Assembly: GCA_947503335.1 (NCBI GenBank)
Contig: CANNCY010000004.1
Coordinates: forward strand, 66,305 to 130,304
Length of the DNA: 64,000 bases
Direction: 5' to 3'
Source: an uncultured Pseudomonadales bacterium
Lineage (GTDB): Bacteria; Pseudomonadota; Gammaproteobacteria; Pseudomonadales; CANNCY01
How positions within the stretch are numbered: the stretch's first letter is position 1; the number at the start of each line of letters is the position of its first letter. This document shows, in pieces, positions 10,586 through 20,936 of the stretch. Both the position numbers and the translations under genes were made by a program. Below the pieces are notes generated by a model. The model did no database searches. It was given only the letters and a program-made list of their open reading frames with translations, and had not been told where the DNA came from.

Positions 10586-11212
10586 TTGAACAAACGCGGC
10601 ACTCTTTTTACGATTTTCGCCCCTAGTGGCGCCGGCAAAACCAGCCTTGTAAAAGCGCTGGTGCAGCAAGACGCCGGTATTGTGGTATCGGTATCGCACA
10701 CCACTCGCGCTATGCGCCCCGGCGAAGAGCAGGGTATACATTATAACTTTGTAGACCAAGTCACCTTTGAGCGACTACTGGGCGAAGCCCAATTCTTAGA
10801 ATCAGCACAGGTTTTTGGCAACTACTATGGCACCTCTCAAAAATGGGTTGAAAGCACCTTAGAGCGTGGTATTGACGTCATTCTAGAGATCGATTGGCAG
10901 GGTGTAGAGCAAGTACAACGGTTGATGAACGATGTTGTTGCTATTTGTATCTTGCCTCCTTCGCTTAATGCCTTAAATGAGCGCCTCGCATTTCGGGGCC
11001 AAGATGATGAAGCGGTGATTCAAGCACGTATGGACGAAGCGATCTCTGAAATAAGCGCTTACCACCTTGCCGATTATTTAGTGGTCAATGATAATTTCTC
11101 GGTTGCCCTTAGTCAGGTGCAATCAATCGTTGCATCGCATCGCCTAAAGCGCGAATATCAACAAGAAAAACACCGTGCATTGTTGCAAGAGCTGTTGTCG
11201 AAGCCGGTATAA
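10586..11212 (+). CDS. gmk: guanylate kinase
   Basis: 208 aa. P-loop APSGAGKTSL. TTG start with an AAGGAA SD. gmk-rpoZ-spoT synteny. Confidence 0.9.
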   Translation: MNKRGTLFTIFAPSGAGKTSLVKALVQQDAGIVVSVSHTTRAMRPGEEQGIHYNFVDQVTFERLLGEAQFLESAQVFGNYYGTSQKWVESTLERGIDVILEIDWQGVEQVQRLMNDVVAICILPPSLNALNERLAFRGQDDEAVIQARMDEAISEISAYHLADYLVVNDNFSVALSQVQSIVASHRLKREYQQEKHRALLQELLSKPV

Positions 11213-11269
11213 CTTAGTTAAACTCGTTTGGTTAATTGTTAGCCAATTTTATAGTCAGGAAACCACAAT

Positions 11270-11512
11270 ATGGCACGTATCACCGTAGAAGACTGTCTAG
11301 ATCATGTAGACAACCGTTTTGAACTAGTCATGATTAGCAGCAAGCGCGCTCGTCAAATTGCTACGGGCGGCCAAGATCCAAAGGTTGAGCCTGAAAACGA
11401 TAAGCCAACCGTAATCGCGCTTCGCGAAATCGAAGAAGGCCTTATTTCTAAAGAAGAGGTTCTAGCAGAGCCTGCAGAGCAGCCCGAGCTGCCAACGCTA
11501 GACAGCTTTTAA
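11270..11512 (+). CDS. rpoZ: DNA-directed RNA polymerase subunit omega
   Basis: 80 aa. [10 protein letters not shown]...[16 protein letters not shown] is a canonical omega N-terminus. Confidence 0.9.
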   Translation: MARITVEDCLDHVDNRFELVMISSKRARQIATGGQDPKVEPENDKPTVIALREIEEGLISKEEVLAEPAEQPELPTLDSF

Positions 11513-11534
11513 TTTCAAGCCCTGACTGCTTGTT

Positions 11535-13664
11535 ATGTCTGTAACGATAGACAGCCTTGAAGATAAACTAGGCGCCTATCTCAACGCAGAACAGATTGCC
11601 GACGTGCGCCGCGCCTATCTTTTGGCCAAAGACGCGCACGAAGGCCAATTTCGCCGTTCTGGTGAACCCTATATTACACACCCCTTAGCTGTAGCCGACA
11701 TATTGGCTGACATGCATATCGACCCGCAAAGCCTTATGGCTGCGTTGATGCATGATGTAATCGAAGACACTGGCGTTACGTGGCAAGAACTTGCCGACAA
11801 CTTTGATGAACAGGTTGCTAACCTAGTTGAAGGCGTATCTAAGTTAACGCAAATAGAATTCTCTAGTCGTGCACACGCGCAAGCCGAAAACTTTCAAAAG
11901 ATGACGTTGGCGATGTCGAAAGACATTCGCGTAATCTTGGTAAAGCTTGCCGACCGACTGCACAACATGCGAACGCTTGGCGTAATGCCACCTGAAAAGA
12001 AGCGTCGCATTGCTCGCGAGACCCTAGATATTTACGCTCCGATTGCCAATCGTCTTGGCATGAACGAATTTCGTATTGAGTTTGAAGACCTAGGCTTTAG
12101 AGCGCTTCACCCAATGCGTTCAACTCGTATCGAGGCAGCACTTAGCGCATCACGCGGCCACCGCTCTGAGCTAGTCGCGAAGATTCAATCAGCAATTGAA
12201 AAGCGCTTATCTGACGAGGGCCATAAGGCTAAGGTCATTGGGCGAGAAAAACACCTGTTCTCGATTTACAACAAGATGCGCATTAAACGCAAATCGTTCA
12301 AAGACATCATGGACGTATTTGCCTTTCGTATATTAGTCGATAGCGTCGACAACTGTTATCGCGTACTTGGCGCAATACACAATCTATACAAGCCAATATC
12401 TGGCGAATTTAAAGATTATATAGCGATTCCTAAGTCTAACGGCTATCAGTCGTTACACACGGTATTGGTAGGCATGCACGGTGTACCTATTGAGGTTCAA
12501 ATTAGAACCTTCGAGATGGATGCAATGGCAAACAACGGTATTGCTGCGCACTGGCTGTATAAGAGTGACATGAATGACCAAACCATCAGTGAGCACGCCC
12601 GTGCCCGAGAATGGATTAAAGGTCTGCTCGAAATTCAACAGCGCGCCGGCGATTCGATGGAGTTTATTGAAAACGTTAAGATTGACCTGTTCCCTGACGA
12701 GGTCTATGTCTTTACGCCAAAGGGTAAGATTATTGAACTCCCCTCTGGCGCCACCGCCATCGATTTTGCCTACGCAGTGCATACCGAAATTGGCCACCAC
12801 TGTGTTGCCTGTCGTATTAACCGTCGACTGGCACCACTATCAGAGCCATTACAGAGCGGCACCACCTGCGAGATCATTACTGCGCCTAATGCGCAACCCA
12901 ACCCAGCTTGGTTAAACTTTGTCATCACCGGCAAAGCCCGTTCTGCCATCAGGCACTATCTAAAGCAGCAGCGACACAATGAATCGCTACGTATGGGCAG
13001 CACATTACTAGATAAGGCACTAGAGGCCTATGGCAGCAATCTAGACGCCATTCAAGATGAGCAATGGCAGACTGCCGAGTCAGCGCTAGAACTATCTAAA
13101 GACGCACTCTTAGAAGAAATTGGCTTAGGTAATCGCCTTGCATTCTCGGTTGCTCAGCACCTATTGTCTGAACAAGACACCCAGCTTACTGACGACAGTA
13201 GCTCAGATAACCCTGCCATTATCGTCGATGCTCCTGGCAGCCTAATGACCACCTTTGCAAACTGTTGCCGCCCCATTCCTGGCGACCACATTCAAGGCTT
13301 TTTAAGCGCCGGCAAGGGTGTGATCATTCATCGCGAAAACTGTAAAAACGTTCTAGAAGAGCTGCGCAAGCAACCAGACAAGGCGATTAGAGCTGCATGG
13401 CCGATGCACCCAACCGGCGACTATCTTGCCGATATCCATGTCGACATTATTAATCGTCGCGGTATCATCGCCACCCTCGCTACTCAAATCGCCAATGCCG
13501 ATGCAAGTATCGAGCGACTAGACATTGTTGAACGCGACTCTGAATACGTCATCATCAACCTAACCGTAGGTATCAGTGGGCGAGTTCAGCTAGCGCAAGT
13601 TCTGCGACGAATTCGCAGTATCAAACAGGTGCTCAAAACTGGGCGCCTTTTAAACGGTCGGTAG
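11535..13664 (+). CDS. spoT: bifunctional (p)ppGpp synthetase/hydrolase SpoT
   Basis: 709 aa. HD hydrolase motif (HPLAVA...HDVIEDT), followed by RelA/SpoT synthetase, TGS and ACT regions. Lies downstream of rpoZ. Confidence 0.9.
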   Translation: MSVTIDSLEDKLGAYLNAEQIADVRRAYLLAKDAHEGQFRRSGEPYITHPLAVADILADMHIDPQSLMAALMHDVIEDTGVTWQELADNFDEQVANLVEGVSKLTQIEFSSRAHAQAENFQKMTLAMSKDIRVILVKLADRLHNMRTLGVMPPEKKRRIARETLDIYAPIANRLGMNEFRIEFEDLGFRALHPMRSTRIEAALSASRGHRSELVAKIQSAIEKRLSDEGHKAKVIGREKHLFSIYNKMRIKRKSFKDIMDVFAFRILVDSVDNCYRVLGAIHNLYKPISGEFKDYIAIPKSNGYQSLHTVLVGMHGVPIEVQIRTFEMDAMANNGIAAHWLYKSDMNDQTISEHARAREWIKGLLEIQQRAGDSMEFIENVKIDLFPDEVYVFTPKGKIIELPSGATAIDFAYAVHTEIGHHCVACRINRRLAPLSEPLQSGTTCEIITAPNAQPNPAWLNFVITGKARSAIRHYLKQQRHNESLRMGSTLLDKALEAYGSNLDAIQDEQWQTAESALELSKDALLEEIGLGNRLAFSVAQHLLSEQDTQLTDDSSSDNPAIIVDAPGSLMTTFANCCRPIPGDHIQGFLSAGKGVIIHRENCKNVLEELRKQPDKAIRAAWPMHPTGDYLADIHVDIINRRGIIATLATQIANADASIERLDIVERDSEYVIINLTVGISGRVQLAQVLRRIRSIKQVLKTGRLLNGR

Positions 13665-13719
13665 CGACCTATTAAAAACCCGTTTACACTGCACAACAAA
13701 CACAATAAGAGACATCACT

Positions 13720-14103
13720 GTGACGAACAAAGCAACGATCCATACCGACAATGCCCCTGAAGCGATTGGCACCTATTCGCAGGCTGTAAAAGTAAACAAC
13801 ACGGTCTATCTATCGGGGCAGATCCCTCTTGACCCCATAACAATGGTTCTTGTAGACGATAGCTTTGACTCACAAGTTCATCAGGTGTTTAAGAATCTAT
13901 CGGCCGTTTGTGAAGCTAGTGGTGGCACACTAAACGACATCGTTAAGTTGAACATCTTCTTAACCGACCTGAGCCATTTTGCGATCGTTAATAGCATCAT
14001 GGCTGAGTACTTTGAGCAGCCTTATCCTGCTCGTGCAGCCATTGGCGTAAAAGAGCTGCCTAAGGGTGCCGAGGTTGAAGCCGACGGTATTATGGTTATC
14101 TAA
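13720..14103 (+). CDS. ridA: RidA/YjgF-family reactive-intermediate deaminase
   Basis: 127 aa. [13 protein letters not shown]...[10 protein letters not shown]...[17 protein letters not shown] is typical of RidA. Confidence 0.85.
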   Translation: MTNKATIHTDNAPEAIGTYSQAVKVNNTVYLSGQIPLDPITMVLVDDSFDSQVHQVFKNLSAVCEASGGTLNDIVKLNIFLTDLSHFAIVNSIMAEYFEQPYPARAAIGVKELPKGAEVEADGIMVI

Positions 14104-15036
14104 ATGACCCTTACCGAGCTCAAATATATTGTTGCCTTAGCCCAAGAAGAGCATTTTGGGCGTGCCGCTGAACGCTGTCACGTTAGTCAGCCTACCTTGA
14201 GCATTGGCGTTAAACGTATTGAAGACGAGCTCGGTGTACAACTATTTGAGCGCTCAAAGAGCAAGGTGCAAGCAACGCATCTTGGCCTTAAAGTGGTCGC
14301 TAAAGCCGAACACATATTAGGTGAAGTACGCAGCATTCGAGAAGTAGCTGATGCTGATGCCAACGAACTGAGCTCGCCTCTGCGTATCGGCGCCATCTAT
14401 ACCATTGGCCCTTATTTGTTTCCTCACCTGATTCCGGCACTGCATGCAGCGGCACCCGATATGCCGCTAATCATTGAAGAAAATTACACCTCGGTATTAC
14501 GCAAGCGTTTAATTGCGGGCGAACTAGACGCCATTATAATCTCGTTGCCCTTTACCGAGCCAGATGTGGTTACCCAGCCCATCTACAACGAGCAAATACG
14601 TGTCTTGATGCCAACAGAGCACCCACTTAACAGTGAAGAGTTTGTAACCGAAGCACAGCTAGCGCAATACAATTTGCTGATGCTAGGCGAGGGCCACTGC
14701 TTTAGAGATCAGATATTAGATGCTAGCCCACACCTGTCTGAAGTGATCGATTCTAGTCACCAAAAGACACTGACTGCCGCCGAGGGGAGTTCGTTAGAAA
14801 CCCTACGTCATATGGTCGCATCAAACTTTGGTATTACGTTGCTACCCGAATCAGCCGCGGGCACCCAACACTATCAGGGCGACGTTCTAACCACTCGCCC
14901 GTATATGCAACCGTCACCATCGCGCACCGTTGCGCTAGCTTGGCGGGCGAGCTTTCCACGTCTTTCTGCTATTGATACGCTGCGCGCAGCCATCGCCTCA
15001 AGTGCTAAATTAGCGAAGCAATGGACACAGCCGTAG
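14104..15036 (+). CDS. oxyR: LysR-family peroxide-sensing regulator OxyR (Cys199 present, Ser at position 208)
   Basis: 310 aa. HTH region HFGRAAERCHVSQPTLS. GEGHC(199)FRDQ is conserved and residue 208 is Ser (AGC at 14725-14727). The gene abuts the ridA stop and overlaps the recG start, matching the oxyR-recG operon of Pseudomonas. Confidence 0.7.
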   Translation: MTLTELKYIVALAQEEHFGRAAERCHVSQPTLSIGVKRIEDELGVQLFERSKSKVQATHLGLKVVAKAEHILGEVRSIREVADADANELSSPLRIGAIYTIGPYLFPHLIPALHAAAPDMPLIIEENYTSVLRKRLIAGELDAIIISLPFTEPDVVTQPIYNEQIRVLMPTEHPLNSEEFVTEAQLAQYNLLMLGEGHCFRDQILDASPHLSEVIDSSHQKTLTAAEGSSLETLRHMVASNFGITLLPESAAGTQHYQGDVLTTRPYMQPSPSRTVALAWRASFPRLSAIDTLRAAIASSAKLAKQWTQP

Positions 15037-17075
15037 CCCTTTCATTAAAAGACTTAAAAGGAGTTGGGCCGGCAATTGCCGAAAAGCTAACTCGCTTAGG
15101 CGTGCACTCGCCCATTGATCTGCTCTTTCATTTACCACGAAGTTATCAAGACCGAACGCGCATAACCCCTATTGGGCAGCTGCGCCAACAGGTAGCGGCC
15201 GTCGTTCAGGCCGAAGTGGTGCAAGCTAAGATCACTTTTGGCAAGCGTCGCTCGCTAGTCGTTACTGTTAGAGACGACTCAGGTGTCGTCAATCTGCGAA
15301 TGTTTCATTTTTCGCGGGGGCAGCAGGCGCAATTCACACCTGGTAAGCCAATTAGATTTTTTGGCGAGCCAAGACGCGGGCCGCAAGGATTTGAATTTGT
15401 TCACCCCGAGTATCAAGTGGGTAATCAGGTTGCGCCCTTAGAGCAAAGCTTGACGCCCATCTACCCAACCGTAGATGGCCTGACTCAGGCAAAGCTAAGA
15501 GATATCATTGATCAGGTGCTAGCTAGGTCTGCACACCTTGAGCTAGACGAGCTGTTAGCGCCGCCGCCAGGTTCAATGCCTCTTTTGCAGGCCGTTCACA
15601 CACTGCATCACCCGCCTGTTGGCACTGATATTGCGCAACTAACTGAAGGGTCGCACCCTGCGCTGCAGCGCCTAGTACTTGAAGAGCTAGTCGCTCATCA
15701 CCTAGCCTTAAAGGCACTGCGTGTTAGAACCCAACAGCATCAAAGCTCGCCTATCGCTCTAAGCGATCAGGCTGACCAAGGCCTGATGGCACAACTGCCC
15801 TTTTCACCGACCAATGCGCAAAGCCGTGTACATACCGAAATCATTGACGATCTAGCCTTGACGCGCCCCATGATGCGATTAGTTCAAGGTGATGTTGGGT
15901 CTGGCAAGACCTTAGTGGCTGCTAGAGCCATAGTTCAGGTAATCGCCGACGGTAAACAAGCAGCAATGATGGCGCCTACCGAAATTTTGGCCGAACAGCA
16001 TTTTGCTGCCATGAGCACATGGCTAAGCCCGCTAGGTTATTCGCTGGCTCTACTAACCGGGCGTACTGGTGCTGCCGAACGACGAGCCGTTAACGACGGC
16101 TTGTTAGATGGCTCGATAGACCTAGTCGTTGGCACCCATGCGCTGTTTCAAGACAGCGTACAGTTTAAGCAGCTGTGTTTAGCAGTCATTGATGAGCAGC
16201 ATCGCTTTGGCGTTGAGCAGCGCGCCAAGCTTCGCGAAAAAGGGCTACCCGCCGGTATCTACCCACATTTATTGTTGATGACGGCAACACCAATTCCGCG
16301 AACCTTAGCGATGACCTTTTATGCCGATCTAGACTGTTCGATCATCGACGAACTGCCGCCAGGGCGCTCGCCGGTCAATACGGTACTAATTGATCAGGCG
16401 CGTCGCGATGAAGTAGTAGAACGCATCGGTGTGGCCGTTACCGAAAATCGCCAAGTTTACTGGGTCTGTACGCTGATTGAAGAGTCTGAAACCTTAGATT
16501 TAGAAGCAGCTGAGGCCACCACCGAATACCTTCGTCAACAGCTACCTCATGTATCAATCGGTTTAGTACACGGCAAGCTCACGGCACAGCAAAAGTTTGA
16601 GGTAATGACCGCCTTTAAAGAGGGCGAACTTGACCTTCTGGTGGCGACTACGGTGATCGAAGTAGGGGTCGATGTACCCAATGCCAGCTTAATGGTGATC
16701 GAAAACCCCGAGCGATTAGGCCTGAGTCAGCTGCATCAGCTGCGGGGGCGAGTAGGGCGAGGCGCTATCGCGAGCCATTGCGTGCTTATGTATGGCTCGC
16801 CCTTAAGCCAAGATTCTAAGCATCGTTTACAAGTTATGCGCGACACTAACGATGGCTTCATTATCGCCGAAGAAGACCTCAAACTTAGGGGTTCTGGCGA
16901 CATTTTAGGTGCTCGCCAAACTGGCGAAGTAGGCTTTAAACTGGCTGATCTTAGCCGTGACATGCATCTATTAAATGCCGTTCAGCAGGTGGGTAGCTCT
17001 ATTTCTGACCCAGTACAAATTAATGCTCTTATTCACCGTTGGATAGGGAATCGGGTTCGTTACGCGCAGTCTTAG
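15021..17075 (+). CDS. recG: ATP-dependent DNA helicase RecG
   Basis: 684 aa. Wedge domain plus helicase motifs (GDVGSGKT, DEQHRFG, TATPIPRT, QLRGRVGRG). Confidence 0.9.
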   Translation: MDTAVALSLKDLKGVGPAIAEKLTRLGVHSPIDLLFHLPRSYQDRTRITPIGQLRQQVAAVVQAEVVQAKITFGKRRSLVVTVRDDSGVVNLRMFHFSRGQQAQFTPGKPIRFFGEPRRGPQGFEFVHPEYQVGNQVAPLEQSLTPIYPTVDGLTQAKLRDIIDQVLARSAHLELDELLAPPPGSMPLLQAVHTLHHPPVGTDIAQLTEGSHPALQRLVLEELVAHHLALKALRVRTQQHQSSPIALSDQADQGLMAQLPFSPTNAQSRVHTEIIDDLALTRPMMRLVQGDVGSGKTLVAARAIVQVIADGKQAAMMAPTEILAEQHFAAMSTWLSPLGYSLALLTGRTGAAERRAVNDGLLDGSIDLVVGTHALFQDSVQFKQLCLAVIDEQHRFGVEQRAKLREKGLPAGIYPHLLLMTATPIPRTLAMTFYADLDCSIIDELPPGRSPVNTVLIDQARRDEVVERIGVAVTENRQVYWVCTLIEESETLDLEAAEATTEYLRQQLPHVSIGLVHGKLTAQQKFEVMTAFKEGELDLLVATTVIEVGVDVPNASLMVIENPERLGLSQLHQLRGRVGRGAIASHCVLMYGSPLSQDSKHRLQVMRDTNDGFIIAEEDLKLRGSGDILGARQTGEVGFKLADLSRDMHLLNAVQQVGSSISDPVQINALIHRWIGNRVRYAQS

Positions 17076-17088
17076 CTATACTGCGAGC

Positions 17089-18147
17089 ATGAGCCAAAGT
17101 ACAGATATAGACAATTTAATTGGGCGGTTTTGCGAGTTAGGCGGCGTACCCTTGATTAGTCGCGACAATCTACTGATTGTAGGTAGTGGCGAATTAGTAC
17201 TGCCTTCTGCAGCGACCTGTGATGCTGAGTGCATTCATGAATCAGTAACCCCACGCCGCGCGTTAGTGTCACAGACGTTTGGTGAGCTAGGTAGCGCCTA
17301 TGGCTCGTTGATTACGCAGCCCATATTGCCTCAGAACGCCGAATTTGCAAAGCGGCGCTGGCAAAACCTATGTAGTGAAATCAACTCGCTTCCTCCAGCA
17401 CCTCAGGTCGCTCAGGCTATCATCGAGCTTTATCAAGACCCTAATGCCAGTATTGATGATCTAGCAGCGATTGTTGAACAGGATGGGTCGCTCTCGACGC
17501 AGGTAATCAGCTGGGCCAACTCGCCCTATTATGGTTTAGCCAACGAAGTGACTAGTGTGAAACAAGCCATTTTACGCGCGCTTGGATTTGATCTGGTGAT
17601 GGGGCTTTGCCTTGGCCTGTCGTTGACGCAAGGCTATAAAGATGTCGTTAGCAAAAGCGATGCGAATCGAATTTGGTTGCAGTCTCTATTCACCGCCGAA
17701 GTTGCCCAACAGCTTGCTTTAATAGAGGGTAATCGTGATCTAGTTGCACTGTCATATACTGCCGGTTTGATGCACAACATTGGTAGCTGGTTGATTTCGC
17801 AGCAGTCACCAGGCTTTCAAATAGATCTGGTGTCTTATTTTGAGGCGAACCCTCATATGCGTGAAGCAGATATAGAACAGGCGCTAATCGGGATCAATTT
17901 TATCGATATTAGTAAGCTGCTGTTTAATACCTGGCAATTACCAGAATCGCTGTATGAAGCGACATTTGGTTGTGATGATAGTCAGTCAGACGGTGCGCTC
18001 GCCCATCAATATGTGCGATTGGCGAGGCGCTTTATAGAGCTAGACGGGCAGATACCGGTCGGTGTAGAGGTTGACGAACAGTATCGAATGCTACAACCTG
18101 CCGCGCAAACGATACTGCAGTGTCTTAAAAGTGGGCTTCGTTACTAA
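17089..18147 (+). CDS. HDOD-domain protein
   Basis: 352 aa. The central region matches the HDOD pattern (LPPAPQVAQAIIELYQDPNASIDDLAAIVEQDGSLSTQVISWANSPYYGL...AGLMHNIG). There is no obvious output domain. Confidence 0.65.
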   Translation: MSQSTDIDNLIGRFCELGGVPLISRDNLLIVGSGELVLPSAATCDAECIHESVTPRRALVSQTFGELGSAYGSLITQPILPQNAEFAKRRWQNLCSEINSLPPAPQVAQAIIELYQDPNASIDDLAAIVEQDGSLSTQVISWANSPYYGLANEVTSVKQAILRALGFDLVMGLCLGLSLTQGYKDVVSKSDANRIWLQSLFTAEVAQQLALIEGNRDLVALSYTAGLMHNIGSWLISQQSPGFQIDLVSYFEANPHMREADIEQALIGINFIDISKLLFNTWQLPESLYEATFGCDDSQSDGALAHQYVRLARRFIELDGQIPVGVEVDEQYRMLQPAAQTILQCLKSGLRY

Positions 18148-19430
18148 CGTGCCTCAACCTCTTCGTGGTTGATCACCTTACCTACGTCTGGGTCGTTAAA
18201 GGTTTTCATGTCGATCTCGCCCAAGCTTTTTGCAACGGTGGCCGACACAGTCGCGTCGCCTGTTACGTTAACGCAAGTACGCATCATATCTAGCAGTCGA
18301 TCAACACCCATGATTAGGGCGATACCTTCTACTGGCAAACCTACCTGTTGCAGTACTAGCGCTAGCATAATCAAACCAACACCTGGCACACCTGCGGTAC
18401 CAATAGAGGCAAGTGTCGCGGTTAACACCACCATCAAGTACTCTTGCATACCTATATCAACGCCATAGGCTTGGGCGATAAATACGGTTGCCACACCCTG
18501 CATAATCGCGGTGCCATCCATGTTAATGGTTGCGCCTAACGGCACACTAAACGATGCTACCGAATTTGACACACCCATGCGATGCTCAACCGTACGCAGT
18601 GTGATTGGCAGGGTCGCACCACTTGATGATGTTGAGAATGCAAAACCTAGTGCAGTGGTCATTTTGCTCAAGAACATACGAACGTTTAAGCCGATAACGG
18701 TCAAGATCGAGCCATAGGTTAACAGCGCATGCAGCACTAATACAAAGGCAACCGTAAAGAAGTACTGTAGTAACCCCGCAAATGAATCAAAGCCCATTTG
18801 CCCAAATAGCTTGGCGAGCAAACAAAAGACACCATAGGGTGCAAACTCCATCAAGATCATCACTAGCTTCATGATTACTTCATTTACCTGATTGAAGAAA
18901 TCACGCACCATGGCCGCTTGCTCGCCCACCTTTGACAGGGCAATACCGAATAAAATAGCGAAAACAATGATCTGCAGCATATTGCCTTCGGCCATCGCTG
19001 CGATTGGATTGCTAGGAAAAATATTAATGATTACATCAACCAATGGCGGGGCTGACTTAGCCTCAAAGCTGTAGTTACCTGACAGATCAAACCCTTCGCC
19101 TGGGTTAACCACATTGGCAATCGACAGCGCCAAGGTAATGGCTACGGCCGTCGTAAATAGGTATAGGCCAAGCGTGCGCATGGCAACTGCACCCATACGG
19201 CTGTTGCCACCCAATTGCGCGGCACCACAGACCAACGAAACAAATACTAAGGGCACGACTAACAGCTTTAACGAGGCGATAAAGACTTTGCCTACGACCA
19301 ATAAAATACCCTGCATAATGTATTGGTCGATAAACTGAACCATAATGCCGGCTGCCAACATTTGGTTCATCGCGCCACCGACGATGATACCTAGTACCAT
19401 GCCGATTAATATTTTTGAGGTTAAACTCAT
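18144..19430 (-). CDS. dicarboxylate/amino acid:cation symporter (DAACS family)
   Basis: 428 aa and polytopic. Family motifs FSTSSSGATLPIT and VDRLLDMMRTCVNVTGD. Substrate not assignable from sequence. Confidence 0.8.
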   Translation of the reverse strand: MSLTSKILIGMVLGIIVGGAMNQMLAAGIMVQFIDQYIMQGILLVVGKVFIASLKLLVVPLVFVSLVCGAAQLGGNSRMGAVAMRTLGLYLFTTAVAITLALSIANVVNPGEGFDLSGNYSFEAKSAPPLVDVIINIFPSNPIAAMAEGNMLQIIVFAILFGIALSKVGEQAAMVRDFFNQVNEVIMKLVMILMEFAPYGVFCLLAKLFGQMGFDSFAGLLQYFFTVAFVLVLHALLTYGSILTVIGLNVRMFLSKMTTALGFAFSTSSSGATLPITLRTVEHRMGVSNSVASFSVPLGATINMDGTAIMQGVATVFIAQAYGVDIGMQEYLMVVLTATLASIGTAGVPGVGLIMLALVLQQVGLPVEGIALIMGVDRLLDMMRTCVNVTGDATVSATVAKSLGEIDMKTFNDPDVGKVINHEEVEAR

Positions 19431-19514
19431 GAAATTCGCTTCCTTATCATTTTGCGTAACCTTACCATAGGCACCAATATTAAAGACACCTCAAGCAGGG
19501 TTGCGACCCCTTAT

Positions 19515-20039
19515 ATGATAGACACTGTTTCTCTAAAGCACTGGCAAAACGCCCAAACTAGCGACCTTGCTGCGAAATGGCACCCTTGGTTAAGTGATGA
19601 CGGGTCACTAACAACAAGGTTGACGCAACTGGCGAAAGGCGACTTTCATGTTGAGATTCTTAACGAAGGTTGGGGTAAAGCTAGAGCAGATGAGCACAGC
19701 GCTCTTTCTGTAAAACCGGGCGATGATGTATGGATACGCGAAGTACTGTTATTTGGCGAAGATAAGCCCTGGGTTTATGCGCGTACAGTGATGAACCAAG
19801 CTGCTATCAACGGCGAATTAAAAGAATTCACTAAGGTAGGCACTCGCCCCCTTGGCGCCATTTTATTTAATAGCGACGTCTGCACCCGTGGCCCAATCGA
19901 CGTTGCCCTTGCTGAACTTTCTTCAATTGATCTGCCACGACCGTCTAGGCGGTCATGTTTTTACTATGCGAACCACCCTATAATAGTAGCCGAATCCTTT
20001 TTACCCGCGTTTGAAGATGCAATTAACTCAGATAACTAA
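19515..20039 (+). CDS. ubiC: chorismate pyruvate-lyase
   Basis: Lies upstream of and overlaps ubiA. UbiC-like motifs (GSLTTRL...REVLL...PWVYARTV...PLGAILF). The ORF-track start at 19452 is TTG, so I prefer the ATG at 19515. Confidence 0.7.
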   Translation: MIDTVSLKHWQNAQTSDLAAKWHPWLSDDGSLTTRLTQLAKGDFHVEILNEGWGKARADEHSALSVKPGDDVWIREVLLFGEDKPWVYARTVMNQAAINGELKEFTKVGTRPLGAILFNSDVCTRGPIDVALAELSSIDLPRPSRRSCFYYANHPIIVAESFLPAFEDAINSDN

Positions 20040-20877
20040 CAATCCCTATGCGCAGCTGATGCGTATTGATCGACCGATCGGCACATTGCTATTACTGTGG
20101 CCTACCTGGTGGGCGCTGTGGTTAGCTGCTAAGGGCCTGCCCACATTAAAGCTGTTTGTGATCTTTAGTCTAGGTGTCATTCTTATGCGAGCCGCTGGGT
20201 GCGTTATTAATGATTATGCCGACCGCAACATCGACGGCAAAGTAAAGCGCACTGCCAATCGGCCTCTTGCGACTGGCGCAATATCTAGCGCTAAAGCACT
20301 ACAGTTATTCTTTGGCTTAATAGCAACTGCCGGCATTCTGGTGTTGTTTACCAATATGCTCACCATTGGGTTAGCGGTTGTCGCTGCAGTTCTTGCGGCT
20401 CTTTACCCCTTTATGAAAAGGCATACCCATTTACCGCAGGTGGTATTGGGTGCAGCGTTCTCTATGGGTATACCAATGGCGTTTGCCGCTACATTAAACG
20501 AAGTGCCGCATATCGCATGGGTATTAGCGCTAGGTAACTTATTGTGGACCGTTGCCTACGATACATTTTATGCAATGGTTGATCGCGATGATGACATCAA
20601 GATTGGCGTCAAGTCGACGGCAGTACTGTTTGGCGAGCAAGACTTACTATACATAGCAACAATTCAAGGCTTAGCTGCCCTTTGCTTTGGCTTAGTTGGG
20701 CAGTCACTGTCGCTAGGCCCTTGGTATTGGCTAAGTCTAGCAACAGTGGTGGGGTTGTTTGGTTTTCAACAGCTAATCGCTCAAGAGCGTGGCCGCGACG
20801 CCTGTTTTTATGCGTTCTTAAACAACAACTACGTAGGCCTTGTACTATTTGTTGGTATCGCACTAAGTTATATTTAA
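20011..20877 (+). CDS. ubiA: 4-hydroxybenzoate octaprenyltransferase
   Basis: 288 aa. Colinear with E. coli UbiA (MRIDRPIGTLLLLWPT, NDYADRNIDGKVKRTANRPL, YAMVDRDDDIKIGVKSTA). Confidence 0.9.
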   Translation: MKMQLTQITNNPYAQLMRIDRPIGTLLLLWPTWWALWLAAKGLPTLKLFVIFSLGVILMRAAGCVINDYADRNIDGKVKRTANRPLATGAISSAKALQLFFGLIATAGILVLFTNMLTIGLAVVAAVLAALYPFMKRHTHLPQVVLGAAFSMGIPMAFAATLNEVPHIAWVLALGNLLWTVAYDTFYAMVDRDDDIKIGVKSTAVLFGEQDLLYIATIQGLAALCFGLVGQSLSLGPWYWLSLATVVGLFGFQQLIAQERGRDACFYAFLNNNYVGLVLFVGIALSYI

Positions 20878-20884
20878 CCCACGA

Positions 20885-20902
20885 GTGTCATATATTTGTA
20901 AT
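20885..20902 (+). promoter_or_regulatory. Pho box upstream of phoB
   Basis: GTGTCAT-ATAT-TTGTAAT: two 7-bp direct repeats with an AT-rich 4-bp spacer, resembling CTGTCAT-AWAW-CTGTCAC. Lies ~35-50 bp upstream of the phoB start. Confidence 0.6.
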
Positions 20903-20936
20903 ACATCTAAGGTCAAATGCTATTTGTTAAGCACTT

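Noticed and set aside
12453-12915. Overlapping ORFs inside spoT on both strands (115 aa and 113 aa). Similar shadow ORFs occur in coaBC, algC, slmA, recG, uvrD, yidC and other genes.
   Set aside because: All are nested within strongly supported genes, lack start-site signals and have compositionally odd translations.
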